DNA of 64,000 nucleotides, from assembly GCA_013115145.1 (NCBI GenBank), contig JAAPAO010000021.1:68291-132290 (forward strand), given 5' to 3'. The notes beneath the pieces were generated by a model that was given only the letters and a program-made list of their open reading frames with translations, did not search any database and was not told the origin of the DNA. Each line of letters starts with the position of its first letter. Within the stretch, counting starts at the first letter, position 1. This document shows, one piece after another, positions 23,232 through 36,941 of this stretch. This stretch comes from Perkinsus chesapeaki ATCC PRA-425 (Eukaryota > Protista > Perkinsozoa). Position numbers and translations under genes: made by a program.

Positions 23232-25951
23232 ATGTCCCACACCGCTGATTCACCAGCCGCTAACGGGGCCACATTCCTCACAGATGTCCCGGAGAGCTCT
23301 CATCATTTGCACAAGGCGACCACTAGTGGGGCACTGTCCGTGTTAGCTCTAAATAACACTCCCCCGTGCTCCCTGGACGGGCACGACATGAAGTTCCTGG
23401 AGAAGGTCCACTACGCCCCTCCCCTTGCTGACTACTACGAGTCGTTTCCGATGAAACCAGGCGTAGACTACTTCGGGTCCCTGGTGCGGTTTAGGGAAGT
23501 CGAGCGAATGCAGATGATGCTGGGCAACCTTCGAGTACGGTGGCCTAGGACTTGGTGCTTCTGTGGGCTCGACACATACATCTTCAGCAACTCCGACAAG
23601 AAGGGGATAACAGTCGAGTAAGGTTCCACAGTAGCAAGCCCTGTGTCTTTCAACGGCGTTCTGTCAGGTACGACTTTGTACGGGAAAGAGAAGCCCAAAG
23701 GCTCTCCAAGCTCGGGGGGCACTCTGAAAAGGACGTCCCGGTGGTGGTGTACAAGCAACGTGCTTACGGCCCTAATAAGCACCTTCACCGGACTACGACA
23801 ACTGCACTGAATGTGCCCAACGCGCTTGTGAGGCTGCAGCAGGCCGGCGGTGGCCATACGACTCAAGTTCTCCAGCGATTCATTAAGGGGCCCGGTGAGC
23901 ATGCGTGCATCACAAGAGTGTGCTATAGGACGAAGCATCCGAGGAAGCCCGTGGGGTACTCTATCGCCAACGGCTACAGCCCATCAGACCTGGAAGACCT
24001 CAGGAATGAGCGTCATGATTTGACACAGCAGTACTGTGCCTCCACCGAGACCTCGGTGCCCGGTGGGCTAGTGGTCTTCAAGAGATCTAGCGGGAGGGCA
24101 TTAGAGGAAGCTGCTGACATCGCCGAGCGGATGCTGATATTTTCCGAGAATTATTTTTTGCTCAAACTGGATTGGATCGTTGTAGATGTTTTATCCGACA
24201 GGAAAGGGAGGCTGTGGTGTCTGCAAGTGAGCTTCCTCCTCTTCCCATCACTGGGGAGTCTTTCGCAGGTAAAATCCTTCAGAGTGTCCACGATCTGCCG
24301 GCCGCCCAGACGGAGCTTGTCTCGCCCCAAGCCAGTTGCTGAGGGAAGTCCGAGTAGCAAGCTACAGCTTGCACTGATGAGGCAAGGCACCGAAAGCGCC
24401 ATGGCCGAGGGGTCCACCGCTACTGCAGCCGAGTTGGAAGAGAGCAGAGCCAAGGCCTTTGGTGCAAGCGTGAAGTACAAGCGGACGTGCTCTTTATGCC
24501 GATGTACGATGACTAGCGAGCAACACCGTGCCATGACGGGGAGGATGCTCTTATGGGTGTGGCACTCGCTCCGGGCTCGAGAGGTCCACGTCTTCCCACC
24601 CCTCCAGAGCAGCCTTCTGGCATCGACAAGTCACGTTGCTAACCGTAACAAAGTGTGCCAACTGTGTTGGTCGGTGTTTCTAGCAGAGAAGGAGCTTTGG
24701 CGGACGCACAGAGCAATAGCGAATATAGTCACTGGCCACAGGCCACCGAGCAAAGAGAAGGATGACTTTGACTTCACCGGCATTCTAGAGAACCTTCCCT
24801 TTGTTGAGAATATTAGGACTCATCGAAAGGGTTCATCTCAGCAGCCCAAACGGAACACACCATGCTCGCAGGGGCAGCTACTTGCTATCGCGGACGCGAC
24901 GCCGACCGCACCAATAGGCGACCGGGGTCCTGCCGGAGGCGCTGTTCGAGCCATCCAAGCAACCGAGGAGGGTTTACAGTCCCCACGCCCGGAATACATG
25001 CACCAATGGCGATTGATGATCCTATTGTGGTCTGTGGAGGGACTGCCGCACTCGACCGCATCCAATGGATCAATCCAATACCAAGTGCTCGGTATGCAAA
25101 GAAAGTTTGCTCTACCAGACAGAAACCGCCGCAACGCTGCCATTGGAAAAATCGGCGTTCACTATGTTTTCTCCGAAACACCTCGGCCGTGCCTCTCAAA
25201 CGGCTACATAGAGTTCCGGCTGCTGGGAGTAGGCTCCGGATATCGAGGGCGCTATTCGATAGATAGCATAGCGGGGCTTGGCAAGCACACTGTCCATGTG
25301 CTGATGTCTGCGAAGGATGGTGGAAGGCCAACTATGTTAAAGGTCACGCTTGGAATGGTTCGAGATGGTACACTGTGTCGGGACTACTGCGACATACAGA
25401 AAGCGCTCGATGGGGTTTACATAGTAAATCCGAAGACGATGTACAGCAGTCACCATCCTTTACCGACCGAATGGATAGAAACCTTCCAAGAATGCCGAAA
25501 GACATGTGGACTGGAAGGCACCACAACAAACACAACAAGCTCGGCCACTGAGAGTCAGAGTGAGGCAGAAGTCTCTAGTAGTTCGGTTCCCGTCACGTCA
25601 AAGGAGCCTGAACCAAATGCTCCCAATTCGCGGCCGACGACAGCTGGCCATAGCACACGGCCCCCTTCGGCTGCCCAGCTCCTCGAGAAGGACAGAAAAA
25701 CTGTTGCCAGTGTCTTGCCACGTGGTCGGGTGCTGTCCAGGCAATCAGACTCTCTGGGATTCCTGGCGAGGCCTAGTAGTGCATATCCGAGACTTGCCCA
25801 TTCCTCTACAGAAAGGCGTGTGACGCTAGAAGCACCAAAGCTGAATGAAGCGGAGGCAGCACGAGTCAGCGAACACTTGGAGAAGCTTAGACAGAAAATA
25901 GGTGGTCGCACTGCACTAGGGGTGAGGTCAATCCAAGTAAACACTTTTTAA
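23232..25951 (+). CDS. Conserved-looking hypothetical protein of about 900 aa with CxxC pairs
   Basis: ORF 23133-23621 joins the 799-aa ORF via a likely intron at about 23535-23587 (gtacgg...cttcag). Contains QRFIKGPG..ITRVCYR, CSLC and CQLC. Confidence 0.7.
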
Positions 25952-26692
25952 CGATCATTCTCAGGAACCACTCCAGAAGGCTCCGGCGGACAGGACCATC
26001 AGGGAAAGCCGGTCCAATTTGCGCAGCAGGGAAGATAGTTCATTGTATAGTGCCGCGCAAGGCAGCGTTCCAGCGGTTTCACATGTATGGCCTAGGATAC
26101 TGCTCTGCATTGCGCTATCCCCTCTCAGATTTTCCGCCTGGTACCCACCAACGGTTCGTTGAGTATGCCGAGGATACCCATAGCGGTGTGGGAGCAGCGT
26201 CCAAGCGCTGAACAGCAGGCCCAAAACGTACGCGTGTGGCATTGCCCTCGCTCAAGGTTGGTCACCTCAGGCACATGATGGTTCACAGCAACGCAGCTTC
26301 GATCAAGTTTATAGCTCCCCAAATAGGCCGCACAGACGGCCGGCGTCGGCTTTTGATATTAACCGGCGACAGATCCGCTAAGTCACTGCCTTCACGTGCC
26401 TCATGCGTACGATAATGCTGCTTCCACAATGGTGTACAATTCACACGAAAGCAAGACCGTTTTTTGTCGAGTTACGAGTGGAGTGAAGAGCATTCAACCG
26501 TTACCGTGCTCGGCAAAAGCCTCCCAAGGGATGCATGATATAATTATCCTTGGCAAGGTTATTTACCAATCGTTTGTGCATTATTGGGCTTCGTTGCATT
26601 AATATTTCTATTACCATGGCATTCACATTTTCATTATACGTATGTAGTAACGGTCGATAATACTGGATAACACAATACGATGTATGAGAAAC

Positions 26693-28576
26693 TTAGTCCT
26701 CTTCGTCGAGTTCTTGTAAAGTCTTCCCTATGTCGCTTCCCTGTGGCATGTCGGGCCATCCCAGCCTTGAAGGCATTGGGGATTGGGCTTGGCCTTCTAT
26801 CAATGCTATCGAGGTGATGCCCATCGCTCGTGCCTTCGGGGCTCGATACTCTCGAAGAGGTCTATCCAAGCCACCCTAAGTCGACAACTCAAGCATCAAC
26901 CTGCAAACCGCACCTTTACCCTCATTTGCTGCTGACCCGAATTGCTCAAATCCCAAAGCCGCACAACTCCGTCACTGCAAGCCGTGTAAAACGACCGCCT
27001 GTCGGCACCAAAAGCGCAGTCCCATACCCACCGTGGATGCCCATTAAAGCCGCATTGCCGCGCAAAACCGTCACTAGAAAGATCCGATGATCTTTAAACT
27101 AACACAGAAGTCCAACCTATGAGCTTGCCAGATTTGAGCTGTCCCATCGCTGCTGCACGTTGCCAAAAGCTTTGCTGGGCCCGGGGCGAACCGAACCTAA
27201 CAGGGGGAAGTCACCTCGAAACCTGGTACGAAAATACCACAGTACTTTCAGTATGTACGCATCGTGCGCATCCAACACATTCAACGGCACCCAACTGCTA
27301 GACTCAACATCGTCTTCGAAAGATTCCCCAAACTCAGACAGCCGATCCTGAACCAACGCCGCAAGCGTAAAGCAAATCCAGCGCCGTTAAAGGGATGACT
27401 TACGATAGTGGGCGTATCTTGGGGGCTAATCGACCCAGATTCCCCGCCAGCCGTACCCTCTGATGCGCTGCTCGTGGCCGGCGGTGTCGCTAACATTTAT
27501 CGATTCCATCGGCGTTACCAGACGAGATACTCACCAGAATCAAGCCCTTTGAAACTCGCCAACGACTGCAATTCGGGAGTACGTGGTGGAGTGGCACTGC
27601 ACTGCTCGCCGGATACTCGCCAAGGAAAACAGAAACCTTTGTGATTGGCGGCCACAACAGTGACATCGTCGTTGGAAGGGTCTGCGTATCTGCCTTCCCA
27701 CATCCCCTCGGCCATGAAGGATTTGTTTTTACGTTGGGGCCACAGCAATGGACTTAATTGGGGAACCTCCGGAATCCGGAACCTCCGTCCACACCTACAC
27801 GCACAAGCACACTATTATCTCACCAAGCCTCCAAGGTGTCTACCTGGTTGGCTGTCAGGTCCCATACGACAACCTGGCCACTGGCGTCACCACAAATGAC
27901 TTCAGCTTGATTAGGATGTAGCACCGCACAGTGGATCGCCCCACCGCCGCCGCCCTCCGCTTGTTGGTTTTTGAAACACCTGCGGTACTTCAGCCGTCCG
28001 AGCTTGGAGGCATGGCCGTACATTTGGAAGCTTTTCTCGTCCTCAGTTGGAGCTCGCCTATCCCAAATCTTGGCCGTGCCGTCCTCAGATGACGTAACAA
28101 ACCACCTATCGTACCAGAGCTGCCCGCTGTCGCTGCCACAGCCTACTTGGCGTCCTCCTCAAAGCTCACACTCGTAACATTATCCCTATGTCCTCCCTCA
28201 TAGCTCGTGTACGGTGCTGATGTATACTCGCAGTCGAAGATGCGAACCCACGGGTTGCCGGCTGCCGCAACGAAGCGGCTATCAGGAGTGAGCTCGAGGC
28301 AGTTGACATGTCCGTCGATAACATTGCCGTACTGAGCAGCACCTGGTCACCAAACCGACCTGCGTGATCACCATTTTCACGGCTGTCCCTACCCATAGGC
28401 AAGCCGACACCTTCAACCCCAGGGATCCTCGAGCCTGGTCCACCTATCGTCTTTATCATCTCTCCACTGAGAACATCGTAGAGCTTAATATCTTCACTGT
28501 AGCCCGCAGTAAGTAGCACTGATCCTCCTCCCCCTGACCCACTATAGCTGATGCCACCGACACCTATACTAGACAT
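26693..28576 (-). CDS. LST8: Target of rapamycin complex subunit LST8 (WD40), multi-exon
   Basis: LLTAGYSEDIKLYD, LHPNQAEVICGDASGQVVVWDL, AHDAYILKV/RFAPGPAKLLATCSSDGTAQIW and GHPRWVWDCAFGAD..YTACSDGVVRLWD match LST8 signatures in order; stop after ...QELDEED. Confidence 0.9.
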
Positions 28577-29011
28577 TTCTGGGGAACATCACCAAACTGG
28601 TACAGCAGGAGGAGCTCAGGATCCTCAGACCCACACGACGTACTCGGTTCCTGCCGGATAGATCGAGATTTAACGTTGTAAGGCGGAGGTTTCTTGGACA
28701 GCGACTTTGTTTTATCATCGGGCTCTACTATTGGAGGATTTGGGAAGCTGATGGCTGGAACCAAATCGATGTTTATCGTTATTTACGCACTACGAACTCA
28801 AGCACGTAGGACATGGTGGATGTCCAAAATGGTAACCATTATTGGTAGTAGTAGAACGTGGTAAAGGGGTGATAAGAAACAACATACGTTACAGAGGAGT
28901 GGCCAGACTAGTGTGTTAGATACATTAAACGTTAGGCCATCCAACCCAATGCTACCTGGGTTACCTGGGATCAAATCGGTCATGACATCATCAGCCTAAA
29001 GTGCCGTCGAC

Positions 29012-32000
29012 TTACTTCCGCCTCCTCTTCTGTGGACCAACCTGCTTCTTCAGCGTGCGTACATGAGCCTGAAGATTCTTAAGCTTGTCCGATGCCCTCA
29101 TTTGTCTGCGGTTCTTGATGCCTGAACAACACATCCGTCACAGCAGCGGGCCGCCGCGGGCGTCATGCAGCAGCCTACGTTCGCTATTCATTCCCATCAT
29201 CATCGGCTTATTCCTTCGTTTTTCCTTATTAGTAGTGCCTCCTCTACGATCCCTATTCTTGTAGTGATCCTTACTGTCCCTTCCCTCCTTCACAGCTAAC
29301 AGCTTCTCTTGCTTCTTCGTCATCTTATTCTGACCATGGACCTTCTTCGCCCCCACCAGGCTCTCCGGATTGACAAGCCAATCGGCAGCGTCCCCTCTCG
29401 CCTCCTGACACGATACAGCCGTCAAGTAAACGTGTGGCAGCAGCCCTGAACTATACCTCATCATCAGACTCGCTAGAGCTTCCCTCATCATCACTAGAGT
29501 ACAGGTTACCAGCCTCCTCCTCATACCTACCACAGCACACTGCCTGTGAATGGGCTAATATCGCCTCCTTACTCCTTCCTAGCAGCCTGATCACCAAGCT
29601 GGAGCTGCATGGCCTGTCGAAGCCTTAGTTTGCGCAACTTCTTAAAGTCATCATCACCAAGTACGACCTGGTCATAGTGGGTATAACAGCCCACTTGAAT
29701 ACTAGACTACCTCAGCCGCTATCTTGGCTCGCTTGGCTGGCCGCTCCTCCTCCTCTTCATCCTCCTCCTCCTCTTCATCCTCCCCCTCAGCAGGATCTGA
29801 GTATTAAAAACAGTCGAATAGTCCAGGCTACACTGTGTCCTAATTATTGCCCTTACCTTCCTCGTTCTCCCCTTCTTCTTCTTCTTCATCATCATCGCTT
29901 GCCTCCTCCATGTCATCTAACAATGCCATGCTGTAGACTCCACCGGCTAGCTGCCCTTACCAGAATCTATCTCTAGCTCATCCTCTTCTTCCTCCTCATT
30001 ATCACTCTCACCCTCTTCTTTTTCTTCATCCATCAAATCATCACGGTTAAGCAAAGCGGCACCGTAGACATCATCAGCCACTTCTTCCCTGAGCAAACAA
30101 ATTTATGGTAGCATACCACCGTGGCAGAGCCGGCAATACTTTCCACTGGTCTGCGGGAACACCAGACTAAACCCTTTCTGCTCCCCCTTTCCCTACTACC
30201 TTCCATAAACAGGACGAGAGTCAACTCCCTTAGAGATAGCCTCACTCGCCTCCTTGCCTCTTAATGACCTTTGTAGCATAGAAGGATACCTACCAGCCAC
30301 AAGGGTAATCATAACCGACACTTCAAGACCTACACTTCTCTGTAGAGGTTCATCAGGGCCTTGCCGGCAATGGCCACTGATTTGGACTGACGGTACTTCC
30401 TGTACTCGATGAGATCAGCTAGCTGGTCAGCATCCAATGCCTACGAGGCACATGACCATCAGCAGGGATGATACCGACTTACCAATGGGGCGCGTGAACA
30501 AATCTCACGGACGGCATTGAGGCCGACGGCCATCACCTCTGGAGGGCAGCTTTCCGAAATGAAGTTGTTAATAACGTGTCGGACCACCGGCTGCAGCTCT
30601 GTTGGAGGGACCTAAAGGACACTATCCTCCACGGCGGCACACATGGAGGGTTACCTGGGGATGGCAGGCAGTGGCCAGACAGGCGAGGGTCTTGGTGACA
30701 TCTCTGTTGCTTGGCTTAAGCTGTCTCTGCAAGAACGGGTACCTGCAGCCACAGTCTAAGTGAATCAACCGTTAGCTCTTACAGGTTTAGCAAGATAAGC
30801 TCGTGCCTTCCAACAAGGCGACAGCAAAGAGATAACAGCAAAGAGCGATTGGTAAAGGTAATCTAAAAGGTTACGAAGATGCCAGCGAAACTCGCGCTCT
30901 TCTCATACCGTTTCAGTGCCTTGGGCAGCACAACGCTGCAACAGACGTTCGGCGAAGTTCTGGGGATCATGTAGCAAATCGATAGCGGTGAAGTCGGTAG
31001 CTGGGGACAGTCGTCCACGTTGGCAAGTGACGGGTGCTTACTTCCAACGTCCCCTTTCCCTTCTATCTCCTTCCTCTTCTTTTCAGCTGCCTTCTTTGCC
31101 CTCTCAAGCCTCTTAGTCTTCCCCTTAGTCTTCTTACCAGCACCAGTCATCTCCTGTGCAACCCTATCAACCTCCTTCTGAGCTGCCTCGGCCTCCTCCG
31201 CCTCCGAGTCATGCCCATCTCCAGATGCCGTCATCTTCGCCAGGAAGTTGTTACCAAGGAACAGATGGACTGCCGCAGTGCTGACTTTATTGGCAGCCTC
31301 GGAGCCCGACAACAGGCAGACTTCAGCAAGGGCGTTAACCTGAGGGCCACCCTGCACTCTGCCCCCTCCGGAGCCATAGGCACTCACCGCCGAGCTGTCC
31401 CTCCATGCCCGCTTCATGTAGAGCCCAATCATGAGGCCTGCTGCTCCCCTAAGGAGAGCTTCATTGCTCGCCGAGGTGGCCCCTAACCGAGACAGCTACT
31501 CTGAATTTGACTACAACAGATTCGCACCCTTGCCAGAGTTCTTGATGATTTGCTGGACCAAGAAGTTCTGAACGTCTTTGCGTAACACTCCCGGTGCAGG
31601 ATCCAAATACTTCGACTTGTGCTCCTCCGTGCTTGCCTCCGCGGCGGCATCTAACACCCCCCACCATAAGCCCTATTAATGCCCCCGAATGCCCAGCACT
31701 ACCATTCCCTTTATTGAGGCGACGCTTCCTCTTCTTTCCAACTGCCTTGCCCGACGTTGCCGTGGAATTTGCAATATCACTCAGTAGGGATTCTGCAAGG
31801 CAACTGAACCTCTGTGGTTACCCGGTCTCCCTACTGTGAAGCGTCCGACGAAGCTCCTTATCGTCACAGGCAAATAACCGGAACAAAGTGGGAAGAATCT
31901 TCATCAAAGGGATCATGCCACGAGAACGGATCAACAGCAGAGCGCTGACCATCGACCCTGAAACCGTCAAGCTACGGTTTTGAAGAGAGGAACGCTTTAC

Positions 32001-32506
32001 TTCTGGCTTCGGGATGAAGCTGCTGTGGATCCTTGCTGAGATAACGGAGGAGCATCTCTGGGAAGTTAAGCTCTTCACGAAGGTTAGGATAGCAGTGGTA
32101 CCTATGAGGGCACCCTAGGCCTGCTGGACACCAACGATGCTTACACATGGGCGATAAACATAGTAAGCTCATTAAAGCTCTTTTGTGGACGGCCCGGTCT
32201 CAGCTGCAGAGTCTCAGCAGTCGAACGGAAATGCTCGAACCTGGCAGGATCACCGTTATAGCAGTAACTGCCAACAGTAACCCCCCTACTGTCTGCGATA
32301 GTCTTCTATGTAGGCCTCGGGATCTCTCCTGATGAAGTTCTGCAGCTGTGGGAGGGACAGGCCTACGATAACACAAAGAGATGTTAGCCTTCTTCCTCCA
32401 TCTCTAAAGGGTTTCAGATCTCATTGTTACTGTTTTCATCCTGATCCTCATCACCACTCTTCCGGGCCGCTTTGGCCTTGATAGGCTTATGATGCTTAGG
32501 AGGCAT
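29012..32506 (-). CDS. SDA1: SDA1 (60S ribosome biogenesis), multi-exon
   Basis: N-terminal LSLPQLQNFIRRDPEAYIEDY, central acidic low-complexity region, C-terminal GGTTNKEKRRNKPMMM and ...KKQVGPQKRRRK*. Confidence 0.9.
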
Positions 32507-32873
32507 ATAGTGAGAGAAGAAAGACTCAACACTAGACCTGACCAAATACTTACTACTCAAACGCCCTAAGACTCTTAGGCTAAGAGGTAACAAGTACGTG
32601 TCCAGTACAAGCCATGCATGGCAAGCATTTCTCAATTCAATGACAGTTGGGACGCGCGCGACGGAAAAACGCGGGGCGAAGCGCTGAGACGCATCTCGAC
32701 TTGGGGTTGAGGGTTGAATTGAACCGCTCTTTTCTAAGGATGCGGCGGCCGGTGGTCATTTGGTTCCTTGATGCCTCTGGGCCTTCATCCTTTACCATGT
32801 CTTCGACATATTGCATCTTAGACCAGCTGCTGCTTAATTTATTTCTCTTAAAGGAACCCTTTTACCATTTATA

Positions 32874-34355
32874 ATGCCAGTGCATTCCTCCCGTCCAGTG
32901 GCCCATCCTGTTATCTTCACCTACGATGAGCTCAAAGATCCTCAATCAGACCTCACAGACCGTATACTGCAGGTAACCTCTACGCCTAGAGTCCATACCG
33001 TATTTCCTCTTCATCAGGCCTTCGGTAGGGACTCTCTCGGCCTTTGCTGTGTCAGTGGCGTCCCCGCTTATCAGGAACGTCGACAGGCTTTGTTACCGAA
33101 GATCCACAGCCTCGGTAAATTGCCTCCGTCGACGCTGCAGAAGTAAGTCCACCATTCGTACGGTAGTTCGTATTGCACTACCCAGATACGCCCTACCAGA
33201 GGCCTTCTATAACGTTGGTTGGTCCCATGGTATCGAGAAGCTTGGCGGTGGTAGACCTGACTTGGGCAAAGGATCCTTCTATGCCAACCCACTATTTGAG
33301 GATCCAGGCGAATTGGTGAGCTCATAGTGACCGGTACGAATCTCTTCTTGCGCTAGAATCGACTTGATGTAATGAAAACACTGTCGCATGGACGCCTTCG
33401 GAACCTTGTCTGCTCCTCCCTCGTGCCACTATGAGAGGGTGAACCATCAGGTTGAAGTCGGGGTGCTCCTCTCTAGTCTTTAATAAAGAATGTATCGCCA
33501 CGCTATTGCTTATTAATTTAGGACCCTACCGCTCGAGAGCGTCATCCAGCATGTGCTACTCCAAACGTATGGCCCGAGGAGGTATCGGGCTTTCGTGAGG
33601 CATTCATTGACTCTGGGGAGCTACTTGCTGAAGTTGGCGTCATGCTAGCCGGACATATGGACAAGGCCTGCCAGGCTCATGGAATTAAGGGCTGCAGTCT
33701 AGTCGAAGGTAGACCGATAGTTCCGCTCCACTTTAATATTGTACATCCCTCAGCGACGTTCAAGAACTCTCGTCTTTGTTGTGGCCGAGCCCTACACTAC
33801 TATCCTCTCAAAAAGGAAGACCTCACTCATGCCTCGGAGGACTCCTGGTGTGGTTGGCATAATGACAACTCTGTTATCACCGGCCTTTTCTCGCCTATGA
33901 TTCTGGATGACGCTACGGGAATGCCGAGTACCAAGGCGGAGGACCCAGCGGCCGGCCTCTATGCCCAGAATCGACGGGGAGAGGTTCTCAAGATCCAGCT
34001 GCCTCCCGATTGCATCGCCTTCCAACTGGGCGAGGCTGCTCAGATTATGACTGGTGGTCACTTGGTGGCCACTCCCCACATGGTCAAGGGTTCCTCTGTC
34101 ACCGATGTATCTCGGGAGCAGCTGGCTGTGTTCTTTGAGCCTGACTGGGATAGGGTCATGGGCCTACCAGATGGTATCGCTATGGATGACATGGTCAATG
34201 CTGGAGCTAACATACCGGAGGTGCCACATCTGTCTAAACGTTATCATGGTCCTTCGGTAACGTTTGGTCAGTTCTTGGAGGACTCTTTCCGTGAATATTA
34301 TAACATGAAACTGTCTACGGGCGTCGAAGGCGATAAAACCGTTGAGGCTATGTAG
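32874..34355 (+). CDS. 2-oxoglutarate/Fe(II)-dependent dioxygenase (isopenicillin-N-synthase-like), multi-exon
   Basis: AFGRDSLG..VSGVP, GWSHGIEKL..PDLGKGSFYANP, RALHYYP, WCGWHND (HxD) and QLGEAAQIMTGGHLVATPHMV (distal His). Confidence 0.9.
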
Positions 34356-35078
34356 CCCCACACCTACTCAACCATGCTACTTTATCCAACAAGTTGCCTT
34401 TGAATGTTAAAAGCCGATGGGTTTTCCGAACACTTCTGGGCCTCGCTTCACAGAGTGTTCTTGACGGACGGACCAGTACTGTTTTGTTTAGTTAAGGCTG
34501 ACACTAGCAATAAACAGGCGCATGCTTGAAGACCGCCCAGCTCGACATCAAACTTGGGTTTTCGGGTTTCGAAAAGCTGCGAGGGAAATTGCCTCCTTGC
34601 TCGTTTTCCTTTTCAATTTCCATTGAGCACGATTGCTATTGTTTTACTATCGTGACAATAACAGTGTCCAGAACAATGACGTATCCTGTGGATCATGGAC
34701 CAAGTCTATTAGACATTCTTACCACCATGAGAGTGACTCTACCTATTATCGATAGGAACGATTGCATATAGGTGAAGTACGAGGAGATTGATACTGAATG
34801 ATGATGCCACTTGACAATCAACATCGATCATACAGATAACACAAAGAATGATGTGGTGTGGATTTGGGAATAGTCACATGTGGCCATCTTCAACGAACGA
34901 AAGGAATTTACTCTGCAATAGTCAGTTGGCCGCGCATTGGCCAAGTCACTACCATGACAGTGTGTACTCAATTCAACGTAACAGTAGAGCTGAAATGATA
35001 CTCAATCCAACTCAATTAAGGCATTCATATTGAAACGGAAATAACATCATGTTTAAAAAGTATTCTGTAGCATTCAAC

Positions 35079-36771
35079 TTACAATTGATCCAAACTATCC
35101 TTTAAACTACGGATGAGATCATCGGCATCCTAAAACAAAATAATTACACAACCGAGTCAATGACGAGTATCTTACCTCGACCCCTACAGAGACTCGAATG
35201 AAACCATCAACGATGCCAAGTCTTTGTCTGTCCTCGGGAAGCATGTTAGCATGTGTCATAACAGCACAGGCTGTAATGATAGACTCGGTGGCACCAAGAT
35301 TCTCACACAGAGACCATGGACGCTGAAGGGCCAATGAAGAGATGGCGAGGAAGAGGAGCATCTACCTGGATGGAGTTCATAAGCTTAGTACCGGCATCGG
35401 AGCCTCCAACGACATCAAACCAGAGCATGCCACCGTGAAGGTTATTCCTGAATAGCAGAGCTGACCTTAAATGGTGAATTGCGGGAGCATCGGTGATACC
35501 TGTGGAGCTTCTTGGCGAGCTCGTGCTGAGGGTGCGACTCGAGACCAGGATAGATGACGCGAGAGCATTTAGGATGGCCTTCGAGGAACTTGCAGATCTT
35601 CATGGCAGTTTCCGATTGGCGCTGAATCCTGACGGAAGGAATGGACGACCGGTCTACAGACAGCCGCGGCTCCTCACCGCAGTTCCATCGTTTTGACGGT
35701 CTGCATCTGAATAAAGGCCACAAACGGTGACATGATATTGCCGTGCATGTTCTGGACAAACTTCATGCGCTGGCAAAGCTCCTTGGTACGGCAGGCCAGA
35801 GCACCACCTACCAAATATGCTCGAGCTGTAGGACGAAAGCAACCCGGTCTGACCTGTGGTGATGTTGTGGCCGTCATAGTACTTGGTCGTAGACTGCAAA
35901 GTGACATCGGCACCGAAGTCCATCGGGCGGCAGATGACAGGAGTGGCAAACGTGCTGTCACAAACATGAACGATGCCCTTCTCCCGGCAAAGGGCCGATA
36001 CTGCCTCGAGGTCGACCAGCCTTAATAGAGGGTTGGTCGGGGTCTCCGAGAATACCTACAAAAGTTTCGATGTACACATCAGACGGTACAGATTTTCCGT
36101 TACCATTTTGGTATTGGGTTTGATGGCCTTCTTGATGTTTTCAATATCAGTCATATCAACAAAGGAGAACTCCATTCCCAATGGGATGAACTGTTCTCGC
36201 ATAATCCTACACACCGAAAACAACGGTCAGCTGTCGACAGCCACGGCTTCAAAGGCCTCCAATATCTACCTGTTGGTGCCACCGTAGCTGCACTCGGTAA
36301 CAACAGCGTGATCACCGGTCTTCATCAAGGCACACACTACAGTAGTGGTAGCAGCCATACCTGTACTGAAGATTACCAACTAGGTAATACGAGCTCTTAC
36401 CGGTTCCGAAAGCAGCGGCGCCACCGGGAGCCTTCTCGAGCTCGGCGATCTTGGCCTCGTAGGCACTAACAGTTGGGTTGGAACTACGAGTGTAGCTGAA
36501 GCCCTGAAAGAAAGCAATGGCTTAAGAGTAAGGTAAGATTCTCGATGACCAACCTTGGCGAGGTACTTATCGACCGACTCTTGGACAAAAGTGGTAGATA
36601 GGAAAACTGGGGTGAGGATTGCTCCGGTTTCATTGTCAGGAGAGACAGCTGAGTGAACCTATTGAAGGATACCAGTCGAGGTCTATGTTGCAAGATTCCT
36701 ACGAGCTCAGTTCCCATACCAAGGGGACCGGGGATCCACTCGCCAGCGACGGTCTTCTTATCAGAGGACAT
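35079..36771 (-). CDS. Cys/Met metabolism PLP-dependent enzyme (cystathionine gamma-lyase/synthase family), multi-exon
   Basis: [33 protein letters not shown] (PLP lysine), [13 protein letters not shown] and [16 protein letters not shown]. Confidence 0.9.
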
Positions 36772-36941
36772 CTGTCTCGATGAAAAAATGAGCCAACTGT
36801 AAAAGAACAGTTGATCTGTACACTAATCGCCTTCAATTAATCGATACGTTTGAAGCGGCGTTCATGTCCCCGTTGGATCATAGTTCAATCGAGCTAGCGC
36901 GCGCCCTAGTGATCGATTTTTTGATAGACTATCGAAGGCAG

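Noticed and set aside
26461-26820. Apparent plus-strand membrane-protein exons (YNYPWQGYLPIVCALLGFVALIFLLPW; PLRRVLVKSSLCRFP) in an AT-rich patch
   Set aside because: The second part is the antisense of the last LST8 exon (stop at 26693) and the first is preceded by an in-frame TGA; most likely AT-rich 3' flank.
28580-29010. Short minus-strand ORFs (28564-28764, 28798-28983) between SDA1 and LST8
   Set aside because: Could be LST8 5' UTR or extra exons; no support for an independent gene.
29640-30030. (CCT/CTT/CAT)n microsatellite-like runs
   Set aside because: They encode the acidic low-complexity region normal for SDA1.
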